A stretch of 64,000 nt of DNA from Verrucomicrobiota bacterium (GTDB lineage: Bacteria; Verrucomicrobiota; Verrucomicrobiia; Opitutales; Coraliomargaritaceae), in assembly GCA_039815375.1 (NCBI GenBank), contig JBCBZJ010000009.1, positions 32,001-96,000 of the forward strand, given 5' to 3'. Below the pieces are notes generated by a model. That model saw only the letters and a program-made list of their open reading frames with translations, was not told the origin of the DNA and did no database searches. This document shows positions 20,911 to 30,279 of the stretch, piece by piece (position 1 is the first letter of the stretch; the number at the start of each line of letters is the position of its first letter). Made by a program: the position numbers and the translations under genes.

Positions 20911-23900
20911 ATTTCACCTTCTACCCACTGCGTTGCTGCACCTGCCGCGGAAAGTTGTAGCACTTCCGATTCTTTCTCGGTGGAATCGAGCGCTTCGGCG
21001 ACTAGTTGGATCAATCCCGACAGCTCCAAATCCTGAAGGTGTGGTGTCTGCTTCAATTCGATGAATAGGTCTTGTTGTAGCTGGATGCGAAGCGCCATAC
21101 TCATGATCGAGTCCATGCCCTGGGAGTTGAAATTTGCGCCTGGATCGACCGCGGAGGTAGATGAAAGACCAAGAATCGCAACGAGCACTTTGCGCAGATA
21201 GCGTTCGAGACGCCGGGAGCGTTCTTCGTCGTCAGCGCTGGCATTGAGCCATTCCAGGACGGACTCGGTCGACTCTTCGTTTTTGCGGTCCTTTGTCGCG
21301 CTCCATTGAGTTTCGGTGCAGCACATTTGCTCGAAGTAGAGGACCGGTTGCATGGAGCTGGTCTCACAAATGAGAATATCGACACTGAGCTTTGTCTCTG
21401 CGAATGTGTTCGGTGATTCGCGAACCTGAACGTGGTAGTCGCCCTGGGGTTCTGCATCGCCGAAGAGGATACTTGCCGCTTCTTCGGGGACAAAGAGCTT
21501 CCCCGGTGCTTTTTGTAAGATAAAAGCTCCCAGGGCTTGTGATGCAGCATCGAGCAAGGTGATCCACGGTCGATCGGGGTGGCTATCGGATGCAGGCGCA
21601 GGAATCGAGATTCTGGTCTGGATTGCTTCCGGCGAGCTGATGAGCTGCTGCATTGATTGCAGAGCAGGCGCAGTTTGAAAGCCTATCCGCTGGGAGCTTT
21701 CGTAATAAGTGTTCCCTTCCGTTGTCGTTTGCCCAGAGGCTGGTGTTGGCTTTGGCCATTGCTCCTGCGTATTCCAGGTAGCTGGCGAAGCAGGAAGATG
21801 GGCGGATGCGATGGTCTGCCAGCCAGCTTCCGGAGTGGGGCGCGCGAAAAGCGTTGCTTCAGCTGTTTCCGTATTTGGCTGGGTGATTTCGGTATGCAGT
21901 GTGCAGCTCTCTTCCGTTAACTCGACGGCATTAAGGAGGGTAAGGTCACGAATTTCGTAGGTTGCGCTTGTCTGGCAGACTTCCGCTGCCTTGCGAAGAA
22001 TGGCTAGAATGGCAGCATTGGGAAGGTAGGTCTTCCCTTGTATTTGCTGCTGCTTCCAGAATTTTGGCTGTGATCTGGAGCAGTGGGATTCAAAACGGCG
22101 GGAGTTCGCGGTGCCTGGCAGCGTGAGCGCTTCACCAAGCAGTGTTCGGTTGTTGATTGCTTTTCCGTTCGAACGACTCTTTGCCCTATCAGGTTCGATC
22201 CAGTAGCGTTCTTTTGCGAAGGGATAGCTGGGAAGAGTGGTTCGTTTGCCGGGGTGATGACGATGATAATTCTGCCAGTTCGGTAGATATCCTGCCTCGT
22301 AGAGCTGGCCGAGTGCTTCGATGATGTGATGGTCATCGTTTGTCCTCGGGTGCAAGCTGCTGACCATGCTTATTTTGCTGCACTCGGGTATGCCTTGAGC
22401 CAGATTGAGCAGGGTAGGCTTGGGTCCGAGTTCCAGAAACAGGCCACAGCCGTTTGCGACTACCTGTTGGAGGGAGGCTTCGAAGCGAACCGTGGCACGT
22501 ATCTGCTCGACCCAGTAGTCCGGTGTGGCGAAGGCTTGGCTTTCGAGTTGGCCGGTCATGCTGGAGATAACCGGGAGCGTGGGGGAATGGTAGCTTGTCT
22601 CTTGAGCGATGGTGCGGAATGGCTCAAGCATAGGATCCATCAACTCGGAATGAAATGCGTGTGAGACATGTAGTCGGGTGCATGCGACGGAACGTGCTTT
22701 CAGCAATTCGGATACTTGCTCGACTGTGCGAGTCAGACCTGAGAGCACGACGCTGTTTGCGGTGTTGACTGCTGCGACGGAGAGCTGCAGCTGGCTGTCC
22801 GACAACAACTCGAGAATAGTCGCTTCATCGGTTTCAACCGAGAGCATGGTGCCATTTTCTGGCAGAGACTGCATCAGTTGGCCACGATGTCGAACCATAC
22901 GCAGAGCGTCCTCCAGTGAGAAGACACCGGCAAGGCAGCAGGCGGCATACTCGCCGATGCTATGTCCGAGAAGGGTATCGGGTTCGATGCCCCAGTGGGC
23001 CCAAAGTTTGCCGAGTGCGTACTGTAGCGCGAAGAGGCAGGGCTGCGCGAATTCAGTGCGATGAATGCTTGTGCTTTCTGCAGACTCGTTTTCCCCACTT
23101 CTCCGAATCGTCTCGAGTATTGAATATCCCTGAGATTGCGCGATGGCCTCGCATGCGTCGATTGTGGCGCGAAAGATAGGCTCTGTTTGATACAGTCCGT
23201 ATCCCATTTTTGGATACTGGGAGCCCTGTCCTGTAAAAAGGAAGGCGAGTTGTGGTCGGTATGGTTCCACTCTTTTTGCGGGTGCTTCCATCTGCTGACC
23301 GATTCGTTCCGCTGCTTCCTTACGTGAACGGATCGCATAGGCTTCGCGATAGGCAAAATGAGAACGCCCGAGATTGCTCGTCTGGCAGATGTCTTCCAGC
23401 GGCTTGCCAGAGTGCGAGAGGAAAGCCCTGTAGCGTTCGCGCATTTGATTGAGGGCACTCGGTGTCTTCGCGGAAAGGGTAAGTAAATGAGAACGGCGGC
23501 GCAGCTCGGACACATGATCCGCCGAGGCATTGGGGATGCCCCCTCTATGCTCCGATAAAATAACGTGTGCGTTGGTGCCACTGATGCCAAATGAGCTGAC
23601 GCCGATGGACTGATTTGGCGCAAAGGTATCCCAGCATACGCTCTCCTGACATACCTCGATGGGTAGTGTTTCCCAATCGATATGGGGGTTCGGTTGCTCG
23701 AAGTGAAGTCCGGGCAGGAATTGGCGTTTCTGTAGCTGGAGTGTCGCCTTAATCAGGCCCGCTATGCCTGCGGCTGCCTCGAGGTGACCAATGTAGCTTT
23801 TGATCGAGCTGACCAGAAGCGGCGATGAAGAGCTATGTGAACGGGCGAAAATCTCTCCGAGGGCCTGAGCCTCGATGGGGTCACCGAGGGAAGTGCCGGT

Positions 23901-26516
23901 TCCGTGGGCTTCTATACCGATGATCTGTTCTGCATCGACCTGACTGTTACGCAAAGCCTGGCGGATGACATCGCGCTGGGCCAATCCACTCGGAACAGTC
24001 AATCCGCTGGTATGGCCATTGTGATTGACCGCGGAACCTTCGATTGTGGCGAGAACTTGATCTCCGTCCTCGAGAGCTTGTTGCAGTGGCTTCAGGATGA
24101 CGATGCCGCAACCTTCTCCGCGAACATAACCGTTTGCGGCCGCATCAAAGCTTCGGCAGCGTGCCTGGGGCGATAGGGCATGTGCCTGGCTCAGGTAGAT
24201 CGAACTTTCGGGAGAGGTCAGCAGTTGAACCCCGCCGACAATTGCGGTTCGGCAGCTTCCGTCCCGTATGCTTTGGCAGGCTTGATGGACTGCGACGAGT
24301 GATGAGGAACAGGCGGTGTCGACGGCTACGCACGGTCCTTGAATGCCGAGGAAGTAGGACAGGCGTCCGGCCGCGGTGAAATGCGCATTGCCGGTGCCAA
24401 TATAGCCTTTCTCGTGCAGGCGCTGATCCATATCCAGTCGATGCGCATAGTCCGCATGACTGATGCCGACGAAAACACCGGTTTGCGAGCCATGTAGCGT
24501 ACGTGGTGCGATGCCGGCATGTTCGAGGGCCTCCCAAGTGACTTCGAGTAGCCAGCGCTGCTGAGGGTCTAGGGAGATTGCTTCCTTGGGCGAGAGTTCG
24601 AAGAAGCCGGAATCAAAGCCGGCGATATCTTCGATAAAACCACCCTGGCTCAGATAGGCTTCCTCCGGGGGGATGCTCCATCGGTTTTTGGGAACGGAAC
24701 GGATCGCGTCTGTGCCTTCGCTGAGTTGTTCCCAGAGTTCTTCTGTTGTGCTGGCTTCTCCGGGGAAGCGGCAGGCCATGCCAATGATGGCGATTGCTTC
24801 ATTTTCTGAAGATGGATCTGCCTCACCCGAAACATTTTCCTGAATCGATGCTGCTTGAACGCCCGGTGCTTTCAACTGTGCGATGTATCTACCAAGTGCC
24901 TGGGGAGTTTGATAGCTGAAAAGTAGTGGGGCTGCAATCGATACGTCCAGCTGTTGATTGAGCTCGTCCACCATACGAACTGCATCAATTGAATTGAGGC
25001 CGAGCTGGAAGAAGCCCAGTTCGGGATTGAGACTTCCGCTTTCATCCAGTTCGAGAATGTTACGGATGGTCGCAAGTATGGTCCCGGTAAACTGCTCGCT
25101 GAGCTGCCGTTGGGGAATGCGCCCTAAGTTTGGGGCGGATGCTTTATCCTTTATTTCGGTTTGCTTCGGATTTTGGGAATCAAGAAAAGGAGCGGAGCGG
25201 AGGGCTTGGCAAAAATTCGCTACGTCCACTGGGTAGTTGCGGACGAAAAGAGTGGCGACAAAAGTCAAAAGTTGCTCGATGCCGGGTTTGTTTTCCAGAC
25301 TTGTGGCCTGTGCGAAGCAGCCCTTGCCTCGCAGAGTATCCCGAACGAAACCAGTCAGACGTCCACCAGGGCCAACTTCCAGGAAATGAGTTATGCCGTC
25401 CCGATGCAGTTGTTTGAGAGTCTTTACGAAACATACCGGAGTCAGCCATTGCTCGATCAATTCCTTCATCAGTTCGGTGCTTTCAGAACCGAGACGCTGA
25501 CCGGTTGAGCAGCTGTAGACTGGTGTCCGGGGGCCCAGCAAATCAAGCTCGGCATAGGCCTCGCTCAAAGCCTGCCGTGTGATAGGAAGCCGTTCGCTAT
25601 GTGCAGGAAAGTCCATACCCGACAAAATAGCGGCGGTCTCACCATGAGAGGACAGTCCTCGAATCAGCTCGGGAAGTTCTTCATTCTTAAGACAGTAGAT
25701 ACTCTGCTGCGGGCAGTTGTCCTTGGTCAGCGTGAGCGAGGGAAAAGTCGAAGCGTCCAGGTCCTCCAAAGTATTCCTTGCCGATGCCGTAAGGATCGCC
25801 ATAGCCCAGTCGTCGTTGGAACCATCTTCAACCTGCAGTTGACTTGCGAGTGTTTGGAAAAGTTCGAATATCGGTTCAACCTCCGAGACGTAGCCACCAG
25901 CGTAAAGGCAGGTCGCCTCACCGATACTATGGCCCGTGACGACGTCCGGAGAGATTCCGAGAACTTCGGTTAGTAGGTAGTAACATGCGAGGTTGCTGAG
26001 AACAATGCTATCGATATGATGCAGATACTTGCGTTGCAGCTTATGAAGCGGCTGCGCGGCTCCTTGATTCTTTGTGCGACGATACGGAAACAGGCTTGGA
26101 TTAGCTTGAAAACGTTCCTGCAGCTCAGGACTCAGACTGGCGAACCAAGCCTCAATTTGAGGGAAATGTCGGTGCAGGTCGTCAAAAAGACTCGGGTGTT
26201 CCGCACCAAAGCCGGGAAATAGGAAGGCTGTTTTGGGTGGAGGATCGGCCGTGTAGCGATAGAAGATCGAGGTGCCAATGGTGAAGCTGGCCTTTTCACT
26301 TTTACTCAGGCGCTCGATGGCCTGGGCTCTAAGCCTGTTCAACTCTGTCGGCGAATCCGCGATCAATGCCAGCCGATGGCTTCCGCTTCCCGGATCGCTC
26401 ACTGCATCCTCGCTGCCTGACTCGATCAGCTGGAGCAGGGAGATCTTACTCTCTGCGGCATAGGTAAAGAGGCGTTGCTTGCTAAGCCTTCGTGAAAACA
26501 TGCCAAGCTTACTCAT
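20907..26516 (-). CDS. Type I modular PKS: AT-ACP-KS-AT-DH(inactive)-ACP
   Basis: AT1 GHSIG; ACP LGLNS; KS DTACSSS, HGTGT, GHLE; AT2 GHSIG…HAFH (malonyl); DH lacks the catalytic His; ACP GMDS; ends WVEGEI. Confidence 0.93.
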   Translation of the reverse strand: MSKLGMFSRRLSKQRLFTYAAESKISLLQLIESGSEDAVSDPGSGSHRLALIADSPTELNRLRAQAIERLSKSEKASFTIGTSIFYRYTADPPPKTAFLFPGFGAEHPSLFDDLHRHFPQIEAWFASLSPELQERFQANPSLFPYRRTKNQGAAQPLHKLQRKYLHHIDSIVLSNLACYYLLTEVLGISPDVVTGHSIGEATCLYAGGYVSEVEPIFELFQTLASQLQVEDGSNDDWAMAILTASARNTLEDLDASTFPSLTLTKDNCPQQSIYCLKNEELPELIRGLSSHGETAAILSGMDFPAHSERLPITRQALSEAYAELDLLGPRTPVYSCSTGQRLGSESTELMKELIEQWLTPVCFVKTLKQLHRDGITHFLEVGPGGRLTGFVRDTLRGKGCFAQATSLENKPGIEQLLTFVATLFVRNYPVDVANFCQALRSAPFLDSQNPKQTEIKDKASAPNLGRIPQRQLSEQFTGTILATIRNILELDESGSLNPELGFFQLGLNSIDAVRMVDELNQQLDVSIAAPLLFSYQTPQALGRYIAQLKAPGVQAASIQENVSGEADPSSENEAIAIIGMACRFPGEASTTEELWEQLSEGTDAIRSVPKNRWSIPPEEAYLSQGGFIEDIAGFDSGFFELSPKEAISLDPQQRWLLEVTWEALEHAGIAPRTLHGSQTGVFVGISHADYAHRLDMDQRLHEKGYIGTGNAHFTAAGRLSYFLGIQGPCVAVDTACSSSLVAVHQACQSIRDGSCRTAIVGGVQLLTSPESSIYLSQAHALSPQARCRSFDAAANGYVRGEGCGIVILKPLQQALEDGDQVLATIEGSAVNHNGHTSGLTVPSGLAQRDVIRQALRNSQVDAEQIIGIEAHGTGTSLGDPIEAQALGEIFARSHSSSSPLLVSSIKSYIGHLEAAAGIAGLIKATLQLQKRQFLPGLHFEQPNPHIDWETLPIEVCQESVCWDTFAPNQSIGVSSFGISGTNAHVILSEHRGGIPNASADHVSELRRRSHLLTLSAKTPSALNQMRERYRAFLSHSGKPLEDICQTSNLGRSHFAYREAYAIRSRKEAAERIGQQMEAPAKRVEPYRPQLAFLFTGQGSQYPKMGYGLYQTEPIFRATIDACEAIAQSQGYSILETIRRSGENESAESTSIHRTEFAQPCLFALQYALGKLWAHWGIEPDTLLGHSIGEYAACCLAGVFSLEDALRMVRHRGQLMQSLPENGTMLSVETDEATILELLSDSQLQLSVAAVNTANSVVLSGLTRTVEQVSELLKARSVACTRLHVSHAFHSELMDPMLEPFRTIAQETSYHSPTLPVISSMTGQLESQAFATPDYWVEQIRATVRFEASLQQVVANGCGLFLELGPKPTLLNLAQGIPECSKISMVSSLHPRTNDDHHIIEALGQLYEAGYLPNWQNYHRHHPGKRTTLPSYPFAKERYWIEPDRAKSRSNGKAINNRTLLGEALTLPGTANSRRFESHCSRSQPKFWKQQQIQGKTYLPNAAILAILRKAAEVCQTSATYEIRDLTLLNAVELTEESCTLHTEITQPNTETAEATLFARPTPEAGWQTIASAHLPASPATWNTQEQWPKPTPASGQTTTEGNTYYESSQRIGFQTAPALQSMQQLISSPEAIQTRISIPAPASDSHPDRPWITLLDAASQALGAFILQKAPGKLFVPEEAASILFGDAEPQGDYHVQVRESPNTFAETKLSVDILICETSSMQPVLYFEQMCCTETQWSATKDRKNEESTESVLEWLNASADDEERSRRLERYLRKVLVAILGLSSTSAVDPGANFNSQGMDSIMSMALRIQLQQDLFIELKQTPHLQDLELSGLIQLVAEALDSTEKESEVLQLSAAGAATQWVEGEI

Positions 26517-26723
26517 TTCGGGATTTGATTTTTAGGATCATTCCATGAAAGCCTTTTGAAATTTTTGTTAGCATACGTTTGTTTTACAATCTACTTGCCT
26601 TTTCAAAATATTGTTTGCTCTTTAGTCAAGGGTTCGAAAATTTCTATTTCAAACGCCTGATATACCAGACAAAACAATGATTCTACCGGAAGCAGGTTAA
26701 GTCTTTGATCCGTGGAGTTATCT

Positions 26724-26744
26724 GTCCCGTTCAGGGACTTTTTT
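26724..26744 (+). terminator. Terminator-like hairpin in the leader of the ACP gene
   Basis: GTCCC-GTTCA-GGGAC followed by TTTTTT, 33 nt upstream of ATG 26778. Confidence 0.5.
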
Positions 26745-26777
26745 AATTAAATCAATACCACTAAACGAAACATCAAA

Positions 26778-27083
26778 ATGATCAGAGAAAAGAACGATAT
26801 ACTTGTGACAATTTCCGGGATTCTGACGACAATGCTGGAAGACATGGGTATCGAGGAGGAGATTGAGACTGGTTCCAAACTTGTTGAGGACCTGGGATTT
26901 TCATCGGTAGATTCCCTGCACATTATGGCATCAATTGATATGGAATTGGGTAAAAAATTGCCTTACGAAAAATTGGTTTTACGTGGAGGCCAATATGTAA
27001 GCGATCTGACGGTTCAGGAATTAGCTGATTTTGTCTACGACACACAGGATCGCGAAGACCCTGAGCCAATGAAGATGTCGTAG
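26778..27083 (+). CDS. Stand-alone acyl carrier protein
   Basis: Acidic 101-aa protein with LVEDLGFSSVD (Ppant Ser context) and TVQELADFV. Confidence 0.85.
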   Translation: MIREKNDILVTISGILTTMLEDMGIEEEIETGSKLVEDLGFSSVDSLHIMASIDMELGKKLPYEKLVLRGGQYVSDLTVQELADFVYDTQDREDPEPMKMS

Positions 27084-27084
27084 C

Positions 27085-28260
27085 GTGAGTACACGCCCTC
27101 CTCGTCTTGCGCTCTATTGTCATAACCTTTGGGGCCTGGGGCACATCGCCCGTTCGGTGCGTATTGCTGATGCGGCGGTTGAGCTGCTCAACGCAGACTG
27201 CGCAATCGTAACCGGTTGTCGCTGTTTGAATGCCAGTGGGCTCAAGATTCAGGATTCCATACACATTGAGTCCCTGCCTCCTGCGCAGTTCGACAATGTC
27301 GGTCGTTTCTTTGAATATGGGAACCCGGATAATACGCAGATACTACAACAGCGTGCTGAGCAGATCCTCACTTTTTTAAGAGAGTGGGGGGCAGATGTGG
27401 TTATTGTGGACAACCTGCCGCTCGGCCTGGGAGGCGAAATGATCGAGGCATTGAATGCAGCGACTCTGGAGTCGTGGCCAACCCGCTTTGTTTGGGGGAT
27501 GCCCTATCCGGAATGCGAGGGTAAGACGAATCGTCCGCCCCGTAATCCCAAGATCATTCGTTCTTTTGAACGTTACGATTTGGCGATCGCTTACACGGAA
27601 GAGTCCTGGTTGCCGGTTTTTCCGGAATATCAGGCCTATGGGCTTCCGGAACGACAGGACTATGTCGGTATGGTTGCGCCTCGCCTGGCTACGACGCCAC
27701 CTTCGGAGGTTCCGTTGATTGCGGTTATGGCTGGCGGTGGCCGTGAAAGCCACGTTGTGCTTGAGTGGACGGTAGCCGGGCTGCGTCCCCAACTGGAGGA
27801 TGGGAGTCTGCAACTCAGAATACTGGTCGGACCCCTTGGCGACTGGGAACGGGCGGAGCACTTGGTTGAGGGACTGCGAGGGGTTGAGCTTCTCTCTGAA
27901 GCATCGATGGACGAAGTCATCAATGGTGCCCATGTCGTCGTCTCCCGCATGGGATACAACTCAACCTTCTCTTTGCTGCAAACGGAGATTCCGCTGGTCT
28001 TTGTGCCTTTGCCGACTCGCGATGACGAGCAAACCAATCGTGGCGAGCGTGTGAAGTGTCTTGACCGTATTTGGGTGATTGACCAGCGAGCGGACGAGGC
28101 GGATCGTTCCTTGATCGGTGCTTTGAAGTCTGCACTGTCTGCACCGCGGTCGCCGCGCTCCCTGCCGTTTTCCTTATCCGGTGCTCAGCAAACGGCTCGG
28201 TGGGTCCAGCGCCTCACCCAAGAGGCTCGGGATCTTGAGTTGGAGGACTTGCGTCTGTAA
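27085..28260 (+). CDS. GT-B glycosyltransferase (COG4671/GT28-C-like)
   Basis: LYCHNLWGLGHIARS, AGGG, SRMGYNS, VPLP…EQ. Confidence 0.85.
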   Translation: MSTRPPRLALYCHNLWGLGHIARSVRIADAAVELLNADCAIVTGCRCLNASGLKIQDSIHIESLPPAQFDNVGRFFEYGNPDNTQILQQRAEQILTFLREWGADVVIVDNLPLGLGGEMIEALNAATLESWPTRFVWGMPYPECEGKTNRPPRNPKIIRSFERYDLAIAYTEESWLPVFPEYQAYGLPERQDYVGMVAPRLATTPPSEVPLIAVMAGGGRESHVVLEWTVAGLRPQLEDGSLQLRILVGPLGDWERAEHLVEGLRGVELLSEASMDEVINGAHVVVSRMGYNSTFSLLQTEIPLVFVPLPTRDDEQTNRGERVKCLDRIWVIDQRADEADRSLIGALKSALSAPRSPRSLPFSLSGAQQTARWVQRLTQEARDLELEDLRL

Positions 28261-28291
28261 TCTGTGGCTTGATCGTCGCTCGCGAGGGAGC

Positions 28292-29029
28292 TCACCAGTT
28301 ATGGTCTTTCGCATAGCTGTAGCGTATCAGCATCTCTCCGGCAACTTGTTTGAAGGCACTCTTCTCCCCGTCACTCATACGCTCCCATTTTCCTCGGGCA
28401 TCATAGACCGGCTGATTGATCTGCCAGTTTCGGTAGCGGTCGTGATTATCGCCTTTGCCGTCAGGTGGGCGTTCGATGGTGTTGGCGTAGTAATACTTTT
28501 TCTCGGTGTGGTAGTTGAAGACGGCTTCGTCGTATGGGAGTTCGAGAAAACTGAGAATATCTTCGAGAGTGGCCTGATAGGACTCGATGAGTGATTCGTA
28601 GTGAACGATGTGCACGCCGGGGCTGTCCCAGTAGGGTTCGGCGGCGAGGTTGTCTTTATACCAGCGGTTGATGCCCATGTCCAAGTTGTCGTAACGGTCC
28701 TGTAAGGAGCAAGCAACGTCACGGCCGTCTCGGATCATCAGAAGAATCTTCGCGTTGGGACGTAGCTTGAGCAGCTTCGGGATACAGTGAATGTGGCGCG
28801 GGCTCTTTTCGATCCATCGGCGGAGGGACCGATCACTGGTTTCCTGGTCGAATCGTGCCATATGCTTTTCGGCATTGGGCACGAAGCCGACATTGGTCTC
28901 TTGCTCGATTGTATAGAGCTGGTTGTGCGAACCGATGATGGAGAGCAGAAGGCTGGTTCCGCTGTGTCCGCAACCGACGATAAAGATGGGCGGATCGACT
29001 TTGGTAGGCGTGAGCGTGCTTTCTTCCAC
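28292..29029 (-). CDS. PAPS-dependent sulfotransferase
   Basis: IFIVGCGHSGTSLL, EKSP, IRDGRDVACS, VHYESL; GTG start. Confidence 0.9.
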   Translation of the reverse strand: MEESTLTPTKVDPPIFIVGCGHSGTSLLLSIIGSHNQLYTIEQETNVGFVPNAEKHMARFDQETSDRSLRRWIEKSPRHIHCIPKLLKLRPNAKILLMIRDGRDVACSLQDRYDNLDMGINRWYKDNLAAEPYWDSPGVHIVHYESLIESYQATLEDILSFLELPYDEAVFNYHTEKKYYYANTIERPPDGKGDNHDRYRNWQINQPVYDARGKWERMSDGEKSAFKQVAGEMLIRYSYAKDHNW

Positions 29030-29040
29030 GGTCTGACTTC

Positions 29041-30279
29041 TCAGTTTGCGAGGACGGCCTGCTGTGATTGGCGGAAGCGTTGGCTAGTGGCTTCAACCGC
29101 GGTTTTCACCTTCTCCATTTCACTTTCGGGTAGGACGACCGGAGCAGGGAGGGTGATGAGGCGCGGCACGATGGTTTCGGCAACTTCGCAGCGATGTGGA
29201 ACGACCTTTTGTTCCGCACCCGGCCACTGGTATGGGGCCTGGTGTTGAAGCAATGGCCAGTAGTGATTGGGCTCGACCGGAAGACCGCCGGCACGAAGGC
29301 TCTCTTCGATCATTTGGATTGGCGTGTCGCCCCATTCTTCCTGTGGCACCTGAAAGACGAGGCGCCAGTAGACCCGTTCGTCGCCCGTCCGGACCTTCTG
29401 CGGTCGGAAACCGTTTGCCTCAAAAAGGGTTTCGATTTCCCGGCAGGTCGCTTGCAGGCGTTTCTTTTTTGCATCGAAGCGTTTGATCTGTGGCGTTGCC
29501 AGAGCGAGTCCGGCGATGTGCGGACGAAGCTTTAGACCGACCGCATCCGAAGTCCACTCAAAGGTCTTGATGTCCTGTGCGGCCCGTTTGACATGGCCCA
29601 GCACAACCATCTTATCGCGAAGTTCGGGATTGTTGGTTACCGCTGCACCCAGTTCGCCGCCCGTGATCAGCTTGCGCATCCCAAGCGAGTAGCAAGTGAT
29701 ATCGGCCCAGTGCCCAAGCGGCTTGCCCTGATGAGTTGCTCCATGGGCGTGGGAGGCGTCGGAAATGATGGGCAAGTCAGTTGCGCGACGAATGGCTTCG
29801 ATCCCGGCGGGCACACCCCATGGATGATGAAGGAGCACGGCTTTGCTGCGCGTGGTCAAGCGGCTCGCAATCGTCTCGGGGTCGAGGGCCAGAGTTTCGG
29901 GATCCATATCGCAGGGGACCAGATGAGCCCCCAGAGTGGAAATTGCGGCAGCAACGCCGTGATAGCCATAGTCACAGGCCAGCACTTCATCGCCCGGGCC
30001 AATACCCAGTGCCCAAAGTGCGGCATAGAGGGAAGCGGTGCCGTTATTGAAGGCGACGCAATGAGAAGCCCCGGCAAACTGGGCGAACTTGCGCTCGAAC
30101 TGGTTGAGTAGCCCTCCATGCGGGACGGTCAAAGTCCCCCTGAGGAGCTGCTTGCTCAGGTTTTCAACATCCTTCTCTTCGACGTCCTGCCAACCGCCAT
30201 ACCATTTCTGGATACCTGAAAGTGCATCCAGCGATCCGTTTGCCGGAATCGTTGACTGACTAGGCAGTGATGAGTTCAT
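29041..30279 (-). CDS. DegT/DnrJ/EryC1/StrS family PLP-dependent sugar aminotransferase
   Basis: NNGTASL, GIGPGDEV, DASHAHGA, SLGMRKLITGGELG; start at MNSSL overlapping the upstream gene. Confidence 0.9.
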   Translation of the reverse strand: MNSSLPSQSTIPANGSLDALSGIQKWYGGWQDVEEKDVENLSKQLLRGTLTVPHGGLLNQFERKFAQFAGASHCVAFNNGTASLYAALWALGIGPGDEVLACDYGYHGVAAAISTLGAHLVPCDMDPETLALDPETIASRLTTRSKAVLLHHPWGVPAGIEAIRRATDLPIISDASHAHGATHQGKPLGHWADITCYSLGMRKLITGGELGAAVTNNPELRDKMVVLGHVKRAAQDIKTFEWTSDAVGLKLRPHIAGLALATPQIKRFDAKKKRLQATCREIETLFEANGFRPQKVRTGDERVYWRLVFQVPQEEWGDTPIQMIEESLRAGGLPVEPNHYWPLLQHQAPYQWPGAEQKVVPHRCEVAETIVPRLITLPAPVVLPESEMEKVKTAVEATSQRFRQSQQAVLAN

